Below, piece by piece: positions 9,398-18,860 of a stretch of DNA of 32,561 bases. Origin of the DNA: Gammaproteobacteria bacterium. GTDB lineage: Bacteria; Pseudomonadota; Gammaproteobacteria; HK1. Positions within the stretch are counted from its first letter, which is position 1; the number at the start of each line of letters is the position of its first letter. The stretch is taken from NCBI GenBank assembly GCA_041605275.1, contig JBFIYQ010000001.1:1-32561 (forward strand). The letters run 5' to 3'. Position numbers and translations under genes: made by a program. The notes beneath the pieces are model-generated. The model worked only from the letters and a program-made list of their open reading frames with translations. It made no database searches and was not told the origin of the DNA.

Positions 9398-9847
9398 ATG
9401 AAAGCCGGTGAAATCTGCAACCATCACGTGGTAACCGTTTCCCCCGACGACTCGATCAGAAGGGCGGCGGAGCTCATGCGTGAACACCACGTGGGCGACG
9501 TTGTAGTGGCGGAACGCAGCGGTGGTTATCTCGCTCCGGTCGGAATCCTCACCGACCGAGACATTGTGGTTGAGGTCATCGCCGAGAACGTTGGCCTGGA
9601 CCAGGTCACGGTGCGTGACACGATGACCGATCAATTGATTACTGCCAAGGAAGACGACGACCTGCTTGCCACCCTGATGCAGATGCGCGAGAACGGTGTA
9701 CGCCGTTTACCGGTGGTGGACGGCAGTGGTCGGCTGGTGGGCATACTCAGCGCCGACGACGTCATCGGCCTGGTTGCCAGAGAGCTTGCCGAGGTTTGGG
9801 CCCTGATCGTCCGCCAGCAGGGCCGCGAGTCCGAACTGAGAAGTTGA
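9398..9847 (+). CDS. CBS-domain pair protein
   Basis: 149 aa with two CBS repeats (HHVVTVSPDDSIRRAAELMREHHVGDVVV... and LITAKEDDDLLATLMQMRENGVRRLPVVD...). GGGAG lies 6 nt before the ATG. Confidence 0.85.
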   Translation: MKAGEICNHHVVTVSPDDSIRRAAELMREHHVGDVVVAERSGGYLAPVGILTDRDIVVEVIAENVGLDQVTVRDTMTDQLITAKEDDDLLATLMQMRENGVRRLPVVDGSGRLVGILSADDVIGLVARELAEVWALIVRQQGRESELRS

Positions 9848-9863
9848 GCTTTTAAAGCCGACT

Positions 9864-10310
9864 TCAGTGAACCGTAATCACTGTGCACGGCGCCGCGTGG
9901 GCGACTTTGTGCGCGACGCTTCCCAGAACCAGCCCCTGGAAATCGCTCAATCCGCGGGTGCCTAAAACGATCAGATCTGCCTTTTCACGTTTTGCCACCT
10001 CCACTATCCGCTTGGCGGCATCGCCGTGCTCCGTTGCGCGCCGGGGTTGGCCGATATCCTTCCCGCTCAAACGAATCTCGGCGGCTTCCAGGATCGCGTC
10101 CGCGATCGCTTGCTCGTAAATCGCCTCCGGGGGATCCAGAAACTGCTCCGACTTTGCCCACTTCTTCAGCCCCTGGGGTATCTCGTTGCTCGGCACAACG
10201 TGCAGAAGGGTGAGGGCCGACCCGTACTTCTCGGATAGATCCGCGGCGATATCAAGAGCCTTGAGCGAAAATTCCGATCCGTCCACGGGAGCAAGAATAT
10301 GCTTGTACAT
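9864..10310 (-). CDS. Universal stress protein (single UspA domain)
   Basis: 148 aa. MYKHILAPVDGSEFS..., then ADLIVLGTRGLSDFQGLVLGSVAHKV (G-2x-G-9x-G-S/T ATP motif). AAGGAGA lies 6 nt before the ATG. Confidence 0.9.
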   Translation of the reverse strand: MYKHILAPVDGSEFSLKALDIAADLSEKYGSALTLLHVVPSNEIPQGLKKWAKSEQFLDPPEAIYEQAIADAILEAAEIRLSGKDIGQPRRATEHGDAAKRIVEVAKREKADLIVLGTRGLSDFQGLVLGSVAHKVAHAAPCTVITVH

Positions 10311-10401
10311 CTCTGATCTCCTTCAAAGCGCGCGCTCTCGGTTAGAAACGCTCCGTCGTTCGCTGGGCGTTTGACTCTAACTTTGTGCACGCGGCATCGA
10401 C

Positions 10402-10415
10402 TTGATCCCGATCAA
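10402..10415 (-). promoter_or_regulatory. Perfect FNR/Anr box upstream of the single-domain USP gene
   Basis: TTGATcccgATCAA is a 10/10 palindromic consensus match. With the centre at -41.5 on the minus strand, the -12 to -7 hexamer is TAGAGT (10379-10374). Predicted leader is about 57 nt. Confidence 0.6.
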
Positions 10416-10599
10416 CAGCGTTTTTTGTATCCCTCTCGGACGCTCCGCGCGCTTGCGCGCTAGAGCACGCTCAAGTCAAGACAAGGGGCCTTCACCGCGT
10501 TAGACTCGCGCACAATGTCCGCGACTCATGAAAGGTGTTACGCAGAGACGACCTCGATAGCCAGGCGCGCGCCTCAAACTGCTTATGGAGGAAAAAAGG

Positions 10600-11040
10600 A
10601 TGCGTATTTTCGGCTTCTTGCTACTGGCCTCGCTGACTGGCGCTGCCTTTGCACAACAGGTCTATCCTCCCTACGGCCTTAAGGTGAGTGAATCCGAGCT
10701 GCGATTCATGTCCGGTTTGCATTCACTCGCAGTGGATCTTGAGCTTGGACGTAAAAAGCCCCCCGACTACGCTCGCGCCGCAGCAACCTATCGCAAGTCC
10801 GCGGTGCTTGGATATCCGTTGTCCCAGAACAATCTGGCCCGACTGTACGAAACGGGGCTCGGCGTTCCGAGGGATCCAGTGGTGGCCCACGTGTGGTATC
10901 TGCTGGCCGCCGCCAGCGGCGACTCGGTGCTGATCGCCAACCGCGATCGCTCCGCTCGGCAGCTGCTGCCGGATCAGGTAGCCAGTGCGGAAAGTCTGGC
11001 CAAGACGCTCAAACTACACCTTCCCGCGCCGTCTCAATGA
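10600..11040 (+). CDS. Secreted Sel1-like (TPR-family) repeat protein
   Basis: Signal peptide MRIFGFLLLASLTGAAFA/QQ. Sel1-type repeats (AAATYRKSAVLGYPLSQNNLARLYETGLGVPRDPVVAHVWYLLAAASGD). ATG 10600 follows GGAGG by 8 nt; the ORF opens at ATG 10585. Confidence 0.8.
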   Translation: MRIFGFLLLASLTGAAFAQQVYPPYGLKVSESELRFMSGLHSLAVDLELGRKKPPDYARAAATYRKSAVLGYPLSQNNLARLYETGLGVPRDPVVAHVWYLLAAASGDSVLIANRDRSARQLLPDQVASAESLAKTLKLHLPAPSQ

Positions 11041-11810
11041 GGGCGCAACTGGGTCCGTTAACCCACGCCTCCGCGGCGATCCGGCTGGTTGCGGCAGCGG
11101 CGCTGCTGTTCCTGGCCGCGTGCTCCCCGGAAGTGTCCATTCAGCGGGACGCTCCGACGCCCGCACCCGCTTACACCACCCTCGAAGAATCCGGCAAAGG
11201 ATGGTGGCGGCTGTACTTTCGGATGGCGTGGGACCAGGAGGAACAGCCGGACTGGCACGTGGACGTTCTACTCGCAGATCAGATCCTGGCGCCGATCATC
11301 GCCCACGCTGAGCCGCGGATATCGCTGTGGCGTTTTCATCGAAGGGCGGCGCAGGACGACCACGGACACCGCTTCAGCTTTATCTTTTACGCCAACGCCG
11401 AAACCGCTGATATCGTCAACAACGGTGTTGAGAGATCGCGGCTTCTCTCGCAGCTGATGGACTCGGGCGTTGTGCAGGAGCTGCGAACGGCCGAGCTCGA
11501 CCAAGCAGCAGCGCAAAACATTGGCGCCACCAGCGACCCGGCCTGGCCGGAGGCCCTACGGCGCGGCTGGCCCTGGTTCATCATGGGCGTGAGCCAGTCC
11601 TGGTTGAGGCTCATTGACGAGGCGAAAAAAGCGGAGCCCCCGCCCGACCGCAGCTCACTGGAGAACGTATTAGATTACTACCGCGGCGTACACCAGGCGG
11701 TCTCCACGCTGTGGCGTGAACATGGGCAGCACGCTTACCTCCATCACCTGAACGCCGTTTTCGGCTATCAGCTCCTAATCATTCAGGAAACCAACCTGAA
11801 GCGCTTTTAA
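11037..11810 (+). CDS. Lipoprotein of unknown function
   Basis: Internal ATG of the 10893 ORF overlaps the Sel1 stop as ATGA. Lipobox in AAALLFLAAC/SPEV. No family recognised. Confidence 0.65.
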   Translation: MRAQLGPLTHASAAIRLVAAAALLFLAACSPEVSIQRDAPTPAPAYTTLEESGKGWWRLYFRMAWDQEEQPDWHVDVLLADQILAPIIAHAEPRISLWRFHRRAAQDDHGHRFSFIFYANAETADIVNNGVERSRLLSQLMDSGVVQELRTAELDQAAAQNIGATSDPAWPEALRRGWPWFIMGVSQSWLRLIDEAKKAEPPPDRSSLENVLDYYRGVHQAVSTLWREHGQHAYLHHLNAVFGYQLLIIQETNLKRF

Positions 11811-11905
11811 AATCGCTGCTTTCCCACCCCGCGCGTGCTTCTCTTGCTCCGTTCAATGCGACGGTGGCTCGGCTAAACTACGAGACAAGCAATAAATGAG
11901 GACAC

Positions 11906-12559
11906 ATGGACGCGCTCACCATCACATCAGCGGTACTGGGCTTTGTCGGCCTTTTATTCATCGCTCTTGCGGTGTCCCGGTCTCGCCGGCGGAAAATTGC
12001 GGCGGCCGGGCTCCACGGCGCCGCGGGCTGCTGCGCCCTGCTGCTGGGCGGCGCCCTGGTGGCCATTGCCTTCAACCTGCACAGCTACCAGCGGCTAACC
12101 CGCGAGCAGTCGGTGGCAGAGATCACGTTCCGTCAGTTCGAGCCCAACGCGTATGGCGCCACCTTGAGCCCCGCCGGCGGGGAACCGCGCCGTTTCGTCA
12201 TTCGCGGCGACGAATGGCAGATTGACGCCCGGGTGCTGAAGTGGCATGGATTTGCCAACCTGATGGGACTGGATTCCCACTACCGCCTCGAGCGCCTGAG
12301 CGGGCGCTACGCCAATCTCACTTCCGAAGTTAACGGTTCCAGAACGGTTTACGGGCTTGTTCCGGCGGAGGGTCTGGATCTTTGGGGTATCGCCAAGCGC
12401 TACGAACGCTGGGTGCCGTTCGTGGATGCGGTATACGGAAGCGCCGCGTACCTGCCCATGGCCAACGGCGCTCGCTACGAGATCAGCGTCACCCAGTCGG
12501 GACTCGTCGCCAGGCCGGTCAACGAATCCGCAGAAAAAGCGATCGCCGCCTGGCGCTGA
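11906..12559 (+). CDS. Two-TM membrane-anchored protein of unknown function
   Basis: 217 aa. Two N-terminal hydrophobic helices (ITSAVLGFVGLLFIALAV, CCALLLGGALVAIAF) followed by a soluble domain. GAGGA upstream. Confidence 0.6.
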   Translation: MDALTITSAVLGFVGLLFIALAVSRSRRRKIAAAGLHGAAGCCALLLGGALVAIAFNLHSYQRLTREQSVAEITFRQFEPNAYGATLSPAGGEPRRFVIRGDEWQIDARVLKWHGFANLMGLDSHYRLERLSGRYANLTSEVNGSRTVYGLVPAEGLDLWGIAKRYERWVPFVDAVYGSAAYLPMANGARYEISVTQSGLVARPVNESAEKAIAAWR

Positions 12560-12620
12560 TTCCGGATCGAGAAATTGAACAATCTGCGTGCATCCACCGC
12601 GGCGGCGTGCGAACGCCGAC

Positions 12621-12944
12621 TCAAGGATTCACTTCCTCCAGGGCTGCCTCGATCTTTTCCCGGATGGCACGAATGTCCGACGCGGCGTTGTTGACGTAAG
12701 CCTGAAGACATTCGACATACTTCTCCATAGCCGCGTTATAGGCAAAGACTTTTTCGTTGTAGGCGTCGAGCTCCGCGCGGTCACGAAATTTTTCCGGGCG
12801 CTGCGGCTGCTGCGGCCTCTGGCCGCACTGGTGCGCGGGATAATCTGCCCCGAAGTTGGAGCCTGTCAGAGCCGGCACAGGCCATAGCCAGGCGCCCAAA
12901 ATCGCCGCGATAAATATGTAGCTGGAAGTGAATCGACGCGGCAT
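12621..12944 (-). CDS. Small secreted hypothetical protein
   Basis: 107 aa from ATG 12944 (MPRRFTSSYIFIAAILGAWLWPVPA... is signal-peptide-like) with a helical C-terminus. The ORF opens at 12995 but would then overlap the upstream gene. Lies 26 nt downstream of the GGCT-like gene. Confidence 0.45.
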   Translation of the reverse strand: MPRRFTSSYIFIAAILGAWLWPVPALTGSNFGADYPAHQCGQRPQQPQRPEKFRDRAELDAYNEKVFAYNAAMEKYVECLQAYVNNAASDIRAIREKIEAALEEVNP

Positions 12945-12970
12945 GGCTGGATCATGTCGTGATCGACGGC

Positions 12971-13453
12971 TCACGAAGATTTCCATTTGATCCATTCCGA
13001 ATCCGCCTCCTCGGCACTCAAGCTGCCGTAAAGCTGCATATATCGACGCACGTCCGGGATGAAATTCGGCTTTTCAGTGCGCTGCCACTCATCCAGAAGC
13101 CAGGGGGTTCTCGGGCCCGATTCCGTTACCCCCTCACTACAATAGACCGCATCAACCTCGCGTGCATCGGCGAGTTCGACGCGACAACGCTCGAGCTGGT
13201 ACTCGGTGTTTTCGAAAAAATCGATACGCTGGAAATCGGCGTCGCTCAAATCCCGAAGCAGCAGCCCCTCAGCGCTGTCGCCAGGCGATTGGATCAGCAC
13301 CGGATAGCTCTCGTCGGGCAGTCTGGCAACGCGGTAGTCGCGCAAACGCGCGGGAACTCGATCGACCTCGGCCGCAGCGCGTTCGAGGACGATTTCGAGG
13401 ACGTCGGAATCTCTCAAGGTACCGAACGCAAATAGTGGCAGTCGCATGGGCAC
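12971..13453 (-). CDS. Gamma-glutamylcyclotransferase-like (AIG2/GGCT fold) protein
   Basis: 160 aa. N-terminal LFAFGTLRDSDVL (YGSL-type motif variant) and ...YPVLIQSPGDSAEGLLL... are typical of the GGCT-like family. GAGGG lies 5 nt before the ATG. Confidence 0.7.
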   Translation of the reverse strand: MPMRLPLFAFGTLRDSDVLEIVLERAAAEVDRVPARLRDYRVARLPDESYPVLIQSPGDSAEGLLLRDLSDADFQRIDFFENTEYQLERCRVELADAREVDAVYCSEGVTESGPRTPWLLDEWQRTEKPNFIPDVRRYMQLYGSLSAEEADSEWIKWKSS

Positions 13454-13787
13454 CCTCGAAAATTCGAACTGACGTTAGCGTAGCAATTCTCCCCGCGCGG
13501 CTCGACCCCGCGCCAAGCGGCGCCGCCGACCATTGCCGCCCGGCGTTGCCAATTCCCGGGACAGAACCCGGACTCCGGTCCCTGGTAACTCCGCCCGCAG
13601 CGGCGATCTTGCTGGATAAGCGAATCTGACCCCGAATCTCAGCCCTTCACGGCGCCGCTGATTCAGTCCATCGCGCCCTCGCATGTGGCCACGTCAAGCT
13701 ACACTTAGGTCAATTCCCGGGCGAAACACCATGGACGCGGCGAAATGAAGCAGAGGTTCGCGCCGCGAGCGGCACAAGGTTTGAACA

Positions 13788-14930
13788 GTGGAACTGACCA
13801 AGATCAATCCCCCCGCTGAGGGCATCAGCAGACATCAGAGTCCGTTTGGGATTTTTCCTCAGGACCGGCGGCAAATGCTGCGCTTCCGGCGAACCCTTAT
13901 CGCCGGAGGTGCTGCGATCGTTCTGACGCTGATCTTCTGGGTGGCCGCGGAGTACCGCATGGTGAGGTTGGGGCGGGACCAGCTGATTCTGCTTTTCTCC
14001 GCCTTCTGGATAGGCAACCTGGTTTTTTTCTGGATCATTCGCAGCGGCTTCAACCTGCGCTTCAGGGATCCGAGCCTCACCCTGGCGCAGATTCTCTGGA
14101 GCATCTCGTGGGTGATGGTGCTCACGTACTTTCTCGATGACGCCCGGCCGGCGGCGCTGATGCTGTGCCTGCTGGTGGTCAACTTCGGCGCCTTCCGGCT
14201 CAATCTGGCCCAGCTCGCCGGCATCTCCTGCGTCGCCGTCACGGGCTACGTCCTGGTCATCTACTTTCTCAGCAGAAACCACCCTGAGTTGTTCGAGCTG
14301 AAGATGGAGCTATTCCTACTCAGCGGATTTGCATCCGCTCTGCTCGGTTCCACGCTAGTTGGCCACGAGATGTTCATGCTCAGAGGCGCTCTTCGAGACC
14401 GCAACCGAAAGCTCGAGCAGGCGCTGGAAAAGGTCAATCGACTGGCGGTGACCGATGAGCTCACCGGCGCCTACAACCGGCGCTACCTGATGGAAGTCCT
14501 GGGCAAACATAAAGCGCTCGCCGACCGCGGCAATTTGAGCTTTTCAATTTGCTTCTTCGATCTCGACCACTTCAAGAAGGTCAACGACGATTTGGGCCAC
14601 GCCGCGGGGGACGAGGTGCTGAAGAGAGTGGCAGCGATCACCCAGCGCATCATTCGTGACGCTGACTACCTGTCGCGTTACGGCGGAGAGGAGTTCGTGG
14701 TGGTGCTGGTCGCCACCATCGGCGACATGGCGGAAATTGTGGCTGAGCGTATCCGCTCGACCTTCGAAAGCGAGCGCTTCGACGATATTGATGAGAGCCT
14801 ACGGGTGACGATTTCTGCGGGCGTCACCGAGTTCCGACGCGGCGAGGCGCTGGACGAGACGCTGGCGCGGGCGGACGAGGCCATGTACCAGGCAAAAAAG
14901 AAGGGGCGCAACACCATCGTGCGCGCCTGA
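13788..14930 (+). CDS. Membrane-bound diguanylate cyclase (GGDEF domain)
   Basis: About 6 predicted TM helices, then a coiled linker and a GGDEF domain with active site RYGGEEFVVVL and I-site RDAD five residues upstream. GTG 13788 is the ORF maximum. ATG 13875 (MLRFRRTLIAGG...) is a plausible alternative, because third-position G+C rises after it. Confidence 0.85.
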   Translation: MELTKINPPAEGISRHQSPFGIFPQDRRQMLRFRRTLIAGGAAIVLTLIFWVAAEYRMVRLGRDQLILLFSAFWIGNLVFFWIIRSGFNLRFRDPSLTLAQILWSISWVMVLTYFLDDARPAALMLCLLVVNFGAFRLNLAQLAGISCVAVTGYVLVIYFLSRNHPELFELKMELFLLSGFASALLGSTLVGHEMFMLRGALRDRNRKLEQALEKVNRLAVTDELTGAYNRRYLMEVLGKHKALADRGNLSFSICFFDLDHFKKVNDDLGHAAGDEVLKRVAAITQRIIRDADYLSRYGGEEFVVVLVATIGDMAEIVAERIRSTFESERFDDIDESLRVTISAGVTEFRRGEALDETLARADEAMYQAKKKGRNTIVRA

Positions 14931-14938
14931 CCGCGGCG

Positions 14939-16609
14939 TCAGGAAAGCATGGGCAGGTCCAGTCCCTGATCCCTGGCGCAGTCGATCGCCTCCTCGTATC
15001 CCGCGTCGGCGTGTCGCATGACGCCGCTCGCCGGGTCGTTGGTGAGCACCCGGGCGATTCGTCTGGCGGCGGCATCGCTGCCGTCGCAGACCACCACCAT
15101 TCCGGAATGCTGGGAAAACCCCATGCCGACGCCGCCGCCGTGGTGGATGCTGACCCAGGTCGCGCCGCTGGCGGTGTTGAGCAGCGCGTTGAGCAACGGC
15201 CAGTCGGAAACCGCATCGGAACCGTCGCGCATGCCTTCCGTCTCCCGGTTGGGACTGGCGACGGAGCCGGAGTCCAGGTGATCGCGCCCGATGACCACCG
15301 GCGCCTTGAGCTCTCCCCTGGCCACCATCTCGTTGAAGGCGAGACCGAGCCGCGCCCGCGCGCCTAAACCCACCCAACAGATACGCGCCGGAAGACCCTG
15401 GAAGTGGATCCGCTCGCGGGCCATGTCGAGCCAGTTGTGCAGGTGGGCGTCGTCAGGGATCAGCTGCTTCACCTTCTCGTCGGTGCGGTAGATGTCTTCC
15501 CTCTCTCCGGACAGCGCGGCCCAGCGAAACGGGCCGACGCCGCGGCAGAACAGCGGGCGAATGTAGGCCGGCACGAAACCCGGGAAGCCAAACGCGTTGT
15601 CGACGCCTTCCTCCGAGGCCATCTGGCGGATGTTATTGCCGTAATCCACGGTGGGAATTCCAGACGCGTGGAAATCCAGCATGGCGCGAACCTGCACCGC
15701 CATGGACGCCTTGGCGGCGGCCACCACCGCCTTGGGGTCCTTGGCCCGCATGTCGACCGCCCGCTCCAGGGTCCAGCCGGCCGGGAGGTAGCCGTTCAGC
15801 GGGTCATGGGCGCTGGTCTGGTCGGTGACCAGGTCAGGACGCGCGCCCCGTTTGACCAGCTCCGGAAAAACCTCCGCCGCGTTGCCCAGCAGGCCCACCG
15901 AGACCGCCGCGCCGTCGCTGCGCGCGCGCTCGATTCGACTCAGCGCCTGGTCGAGATCGGTGGCCATCTCGTCCAGATAGCCGGTCTCGAGCCGTTTCTG
16001 AATACGCTCCGGGTCGCACTCCACCGCCAGCATGGACGCCCCGGCCATGGTGGCCGCCAGGGGCTGGGCGCCGCCCATACCGCCCAAACCCGCCGTCAGG
16101 ATCCAGCGGCCGCGGAGATCGCCGCCGTAGTGGGTTCGGGCGGCGGAAACGAAGGTTTCGTAAGTGCCCTGGACGATGCCCTGGCTGCCGATATAAATCC
16201 ACGAGCCGGCGGTCATCTGCCCGTACATCATCAGGCCCTTACGGTCGAGCTCGTTGAAGTGGTCCCAGTCCGCCCAGCGCGGCACTAGATTGGAGTTGGC
16301 GATAAGCACCCGCGGCGCGTCGGGGTGGGTCTGGAACACGCCGACCGGCTTTCCGGACTGCACCAGCAGGGTCTGATCGGCCTCCAGGCGGGTGAGACAT
16401 TCGACGATGGCGTCAAAGCAGGGCCAGTCCCGGGCCGCGCGCCCGATACCGCCGTAGACCACCAGCTCGCTCGGCTTCTCGGCCACCTCCGGATCCAGGT
16501 TGTTCATGAGCATGCGCAGCGGCGCCTCCGTGAGCCAGCTCTTGGCCGTCAGGGCGGCTCCGCGGGGGGCGCGGACGACCCGGTTTGAGATACGGTTGGC
16601 GAGGGTCAT
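14939..16609 (-). CDS. hutU: Urocanate hydratase
   Basis: 556 aa from ATG 16609 ([17 protein letters not shown]...[24 protein letters not shown]...). Full-length urocanase pattern including [10 protein letters not shown]. The ORF track extends 71 codons further upstream, which is unlikely to be real. Confidence 0.95.
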   Translation of the reverse strand: MTLANRISNRVVRAPRGAALTAKSWLTEAPLRMLMNNLDPEVAEKPSELVVYGGIGRAARDWPCFDAIVECLTRLEADQTLLVQSGKPVGVFQTHPDAPRVLIANSNLVPRWADWDHFNELDRKGLMMYGQMTAGSWIYIGSQGIVQGTYETFVSAARTHYGGDLRGRWILTAGLGGMGGAQPLAATMAGASMLAVECDPERIQKRLETGYLDEMATDLDQALSRIERARSDGAAVSVGLLGNAAEVFPELVKRGARPDLVTDQTSAHDPLNGYLPAGWTLERAVDMRAKDPKAVVAAAKASMAVQVRAMLDFHASGIPTVDYGNNIRQMASEEGVDNAFGFPGFVPAYIRPLFCRGVGPFRWAALSGEREDIYRTDEKVKQLIPDDAHLHNWLDMARERIHFQGLPARICWVGLGARARLGLAFNEMVARGELKAPVVIGRDHLDSGSVASPNRETEGMRDGSDAVSDWPLLNALLNTASGATWVSIHHGGGVGMGFSQHSGMVVVCDGSDAAARRIARVLTNDPASGVMRHADAGYEEAIDCARDQGLDLPMLS

Positions 16610-16687
16610 AATTGGCGGAGTCGATGCTGGACCTGCTCCGAGCGTATCCCGACCGGGGCCCCAACGCCAACCGTATAGGCCGCAGAC

Positions 16688-17503
16688 ATGGAGACCTTCG
16701 AGCTTACTCCTGGCAGCACCCCGCTCCTGATCAGCACGCCCCACAACGGCACGGTGATTCCGGAGTCCATCGCCCGGCGCATGACCGAGCACGCGCGAAC
16801 CGTTCCCGATACCGACTGGCACATGGATCGGTTATACGACTTCGCCGCGCGGCTTGGCGCCGGGGTGCTCAATCCGCGCTACTCGCGCTACGTGGTCGAT
16901 CTCAACAGGCCGCCGGACAACAAGCCGCTGTATCCGGGCGCCAGCAACACCGAGCTTTGTCCCCTCACCTGCTTTGACGAGGCTCCCGTCTACATTGCGG
17001 GAGAAGCGCCGGACAAGCTGGAGGTGAAGGACCGCGTGGAGCGCTTCTGGCGGCCGTATCATCGCCAGCTCAAAGACGAGCTCGATCGACTGAAGCGGAC
17101 CCATGGGGTTGCCGTGCTGTTCGAAGCCCACAGCATTCGCTCGGAGGTGCCGCGTTTCTTCCACGGCCACCTGCCGGACTTCAACCTCGGCACCGCTGAC
17201 GGCTCGAGCTGCGACGCCCACCTTCAAAATCTATTGCGCGGAGTATTGCAGTCCGCCAAGGGCTACACCTTTGTCGTCAACGGACGGTTCAAGGGCGGCT
17301 ACAACACACGGAACTACGGCTCGCCCCAAAGCGGTATTCACGCGGTGCAGCTGGAGCAGGCGCAACGCACCTACATGGACGAAAGCTATCCCTTTGCCTA
17401 CGACGAAACCCGGGCGAAACGGGTCAAGCCCTATCTGGTTCAGATTCTGGAAACCGTGCTTGCGTGGACCGCTGAATGCAGCCTGGCGAGAACGCCGGGT
17501 TAG
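16688..17503 (+). CDS. hutG: N-formylglutamate amidohydrolase (deformylase)
   Basis: 271 aa. [65 protein letters not shown] and HAVQLE are collinear with Pseudomonas-type HutG. Confidence 0.9.
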   Translation: METFELTPGSTPLLISTPHNGTVIPESIARRMTEHARTVPDTDWHMDRLYDFAARLGAGVLNPRYSRYVVDLNRPPDNKPLYPGASNTELCPLTCFDEAPVYIAGEAPDKLEVKDRVERFWRPYHRQLKDELDRLKRTHGVAVLFEAHSIRSEVPRFFHGHLPDFNLGTADGSSCDAHLQNLLRGVLQSAKGYTFVVNGRFKGGYNTRNYGSPQSGIHAVQLEQAQRTYMDESYPFAYDETRAKRVKPYLVQILETVLAWTAECSLARTPG

Positions 17504-18771
17504 GTATTCTTTTCTGCCGCTTCGCCGCCGCGTACCACAAGATGGCAGGGATTGAAGCCGATACGGTAGGCGAGCTCCGCCGGGTGATCCACGTCCCATA
17601 GAACGAAGTCGGCGCGCTTACCGCTTTCCAATGTGCCCACGGTCGAGGCCATCCCCAGCGCCCGGGCCGCATTGCGCGTCACGCCCGCCAGCGCCTCTTC
17701 CGGCGTCATTCGAAACAGCGTGCAGGCCATATTGAGCATCAACAGCAGCGAGCAGACCGGGGCACTCCCCGGATTGTTGTCGCTGGCGACGGCCATGGGC
17801 ACGCCGTAGCGACGGAACAGATCCACCGGAGGGATCCGGGTTTCGCGCAGGAAGTAAAAAGCGCCCGGCAGCAGCACTGCAGCGGTGCCGTGTTTCCCCA
17901 TGGCGGCGACGGCATCCTCGGAAACATACTCCAGGTGGTCGGCGGAAAGCGCACCGTAGCGGGCCGCCAGCTGGGCGCCGCCTGAATCCGAAAGCTGCTC
18001 CGCGTGAAGCTTGATCGGCAGATTCAAGCCGCGGGCGGCCTGAAAAATCCGCTCGGTCTGTGCCGGGCTGAAGCCGATGCGCTCGCAGAACGCGTCCACG
18101 GCGTCGACCAGATTGGCCTCGGCCGCCGCCGGCATGACTTCCGCGCAGACGAAATCGATGTACTCGTCGGCGCGACCCTCATACTCCGGCGGAAGCGCGT
18201 GAGCGCCGAGAAATGTCGTGACCACGGTCACCGGCTCAATCTCACCCAGGCGTCTGGCCGTGCGCAGCATGCGAAGCTCGGTGTCCCGATCCAGGCCGTA
18301 GCCGGACTTGATCTCCACCGTGGTCACGCCTTCGCGCATCAGCGCATCGAGCCGCCGGCGCGCCGATTCCACCAGCTCTGACTCATCCGCGGCGCGCGTT
18401 GCCCTGACCGTGGAGAGAATCCCTCCGCCCCGCCTGGCGATTGCCTCGTAGCTTGCACCCTTAAGGCGCATTTCGAACTCCCGCGCCCGGTCGCCGGCGT
18501 GCACCAGATGGGTATGACAGTCGATGAGGCCCGGCGTGATCCAGCGCCCGCCGGCGGAGCGCACCCGATGATCGGCGGGCGCGTCCGCGGGAAGGGCGCT
18601 GCGCGCGCCGATCCAGGCAATGCGACCCGAGCGCACCGCCAGGGCTCCGTCCTCGATGGCGCCGTAGGCCGCTTCATCGCTTTCGCGCATGGTCGCAAGG
18701 CGCGCGTCAATCCAGAGCTGGTCCCAACGGTCGGGAGAATCGGCGGCGATTTGAGATGTCTGCTCGGGCAT
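17500..18771 (-). CDS. hutI: Imidazolonepropionase
   Basis: 423 aa amidohydrolase. [10 protein letters not shown] metal-binding motif, [22 protein letters not shown]. Confidence 0.95.
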   Translation of the reverse strand: MPEQTSQIAADSPDRWDQLWIDARLATMRESDEAAYGAIEDGALAVRSGRIAWIGARSALPADAPADHRVRSAGGRWITPGLIDCHTHLVHAGDRAREFEMRLKGASYEAIARRGGGILSTVRATRAADESELVESARRRLDALMREGVTTVEIKSGYGLDRDTELRMLRTARRLGEIEPVTVVTTFLGAHALPPEYEGRADEYIDFVCAEVMPAAAEANLVDAVDAFCERIGFSPAQTERIFQAARGLNLPIKLHAEQLSDSGGAQLAARYGALSADHLEYVSEDAVAAMGKHGTAAVLLPGAFYFLRETRIPPVDLFRRYGVPMAVASDNNPGSAPVCSLLLMLNMACTLFRMTPEEALAGVTRNAARALGMASTVGTLESGKRADFVLWDVDHPAELAYRIGFNPCHLVVRGGEAAEKNT

Positions 18772-18860
18772 GATGGGACGATCGATCCTCGTGGCCGATT
18801 CTAAATGGTATTGTTCGAGCGCAAAGTCACTGCGCCCGCAGGTTTCGCCTAATTCCGATC

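Noticed and set aside
10893-11036. Upstream extension of the lipoprotein ORF (start at 10893), the 26979-27197 extension of the MttB ORF and the 16610-16822 extension of the hutU ORF
   Set aside because: The lipoprotein and MttB extensions overlap the upstream gene in another frame, and the hutU extension runs through the short divergent promoter region into the start of hutG. All three encode Arg/Gly-rich sequence absent from the respective families. Internal ATGs give family-typical N-termini (signal peptide/lipobox, RRGGRRER motif, MTLANR...).
11037-11810. Pattern-level resemblance of the lipoprotein (W..LYF..., LWRFHRR...HGHRFSFIF, ...LHHLNAVFG) to the lanthipeptide/thiopeptide dehydratase C-terminal domain
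   Set aside because: The resemblance rests on a few spaced residues recalled from memory. The protein has a lipoprotein signal, so it is exported. There is no precursor peptide, cyclase or other RiPP gene nearby. It should only be revisited if an HMM search (PF14028) gives a significant hit.
13794-13807. Weaker FNR-like site CTGACcaagATCAA (8/10 match) near the GGDEF cyclase start
   Set aside because: Two mismatches fall in the left half-site, and the expected spacing gives no good -10 element. The site lies inside the ORF if GTG 13788 is the start. It would only be meaningful if ATG 13875 is the real start.
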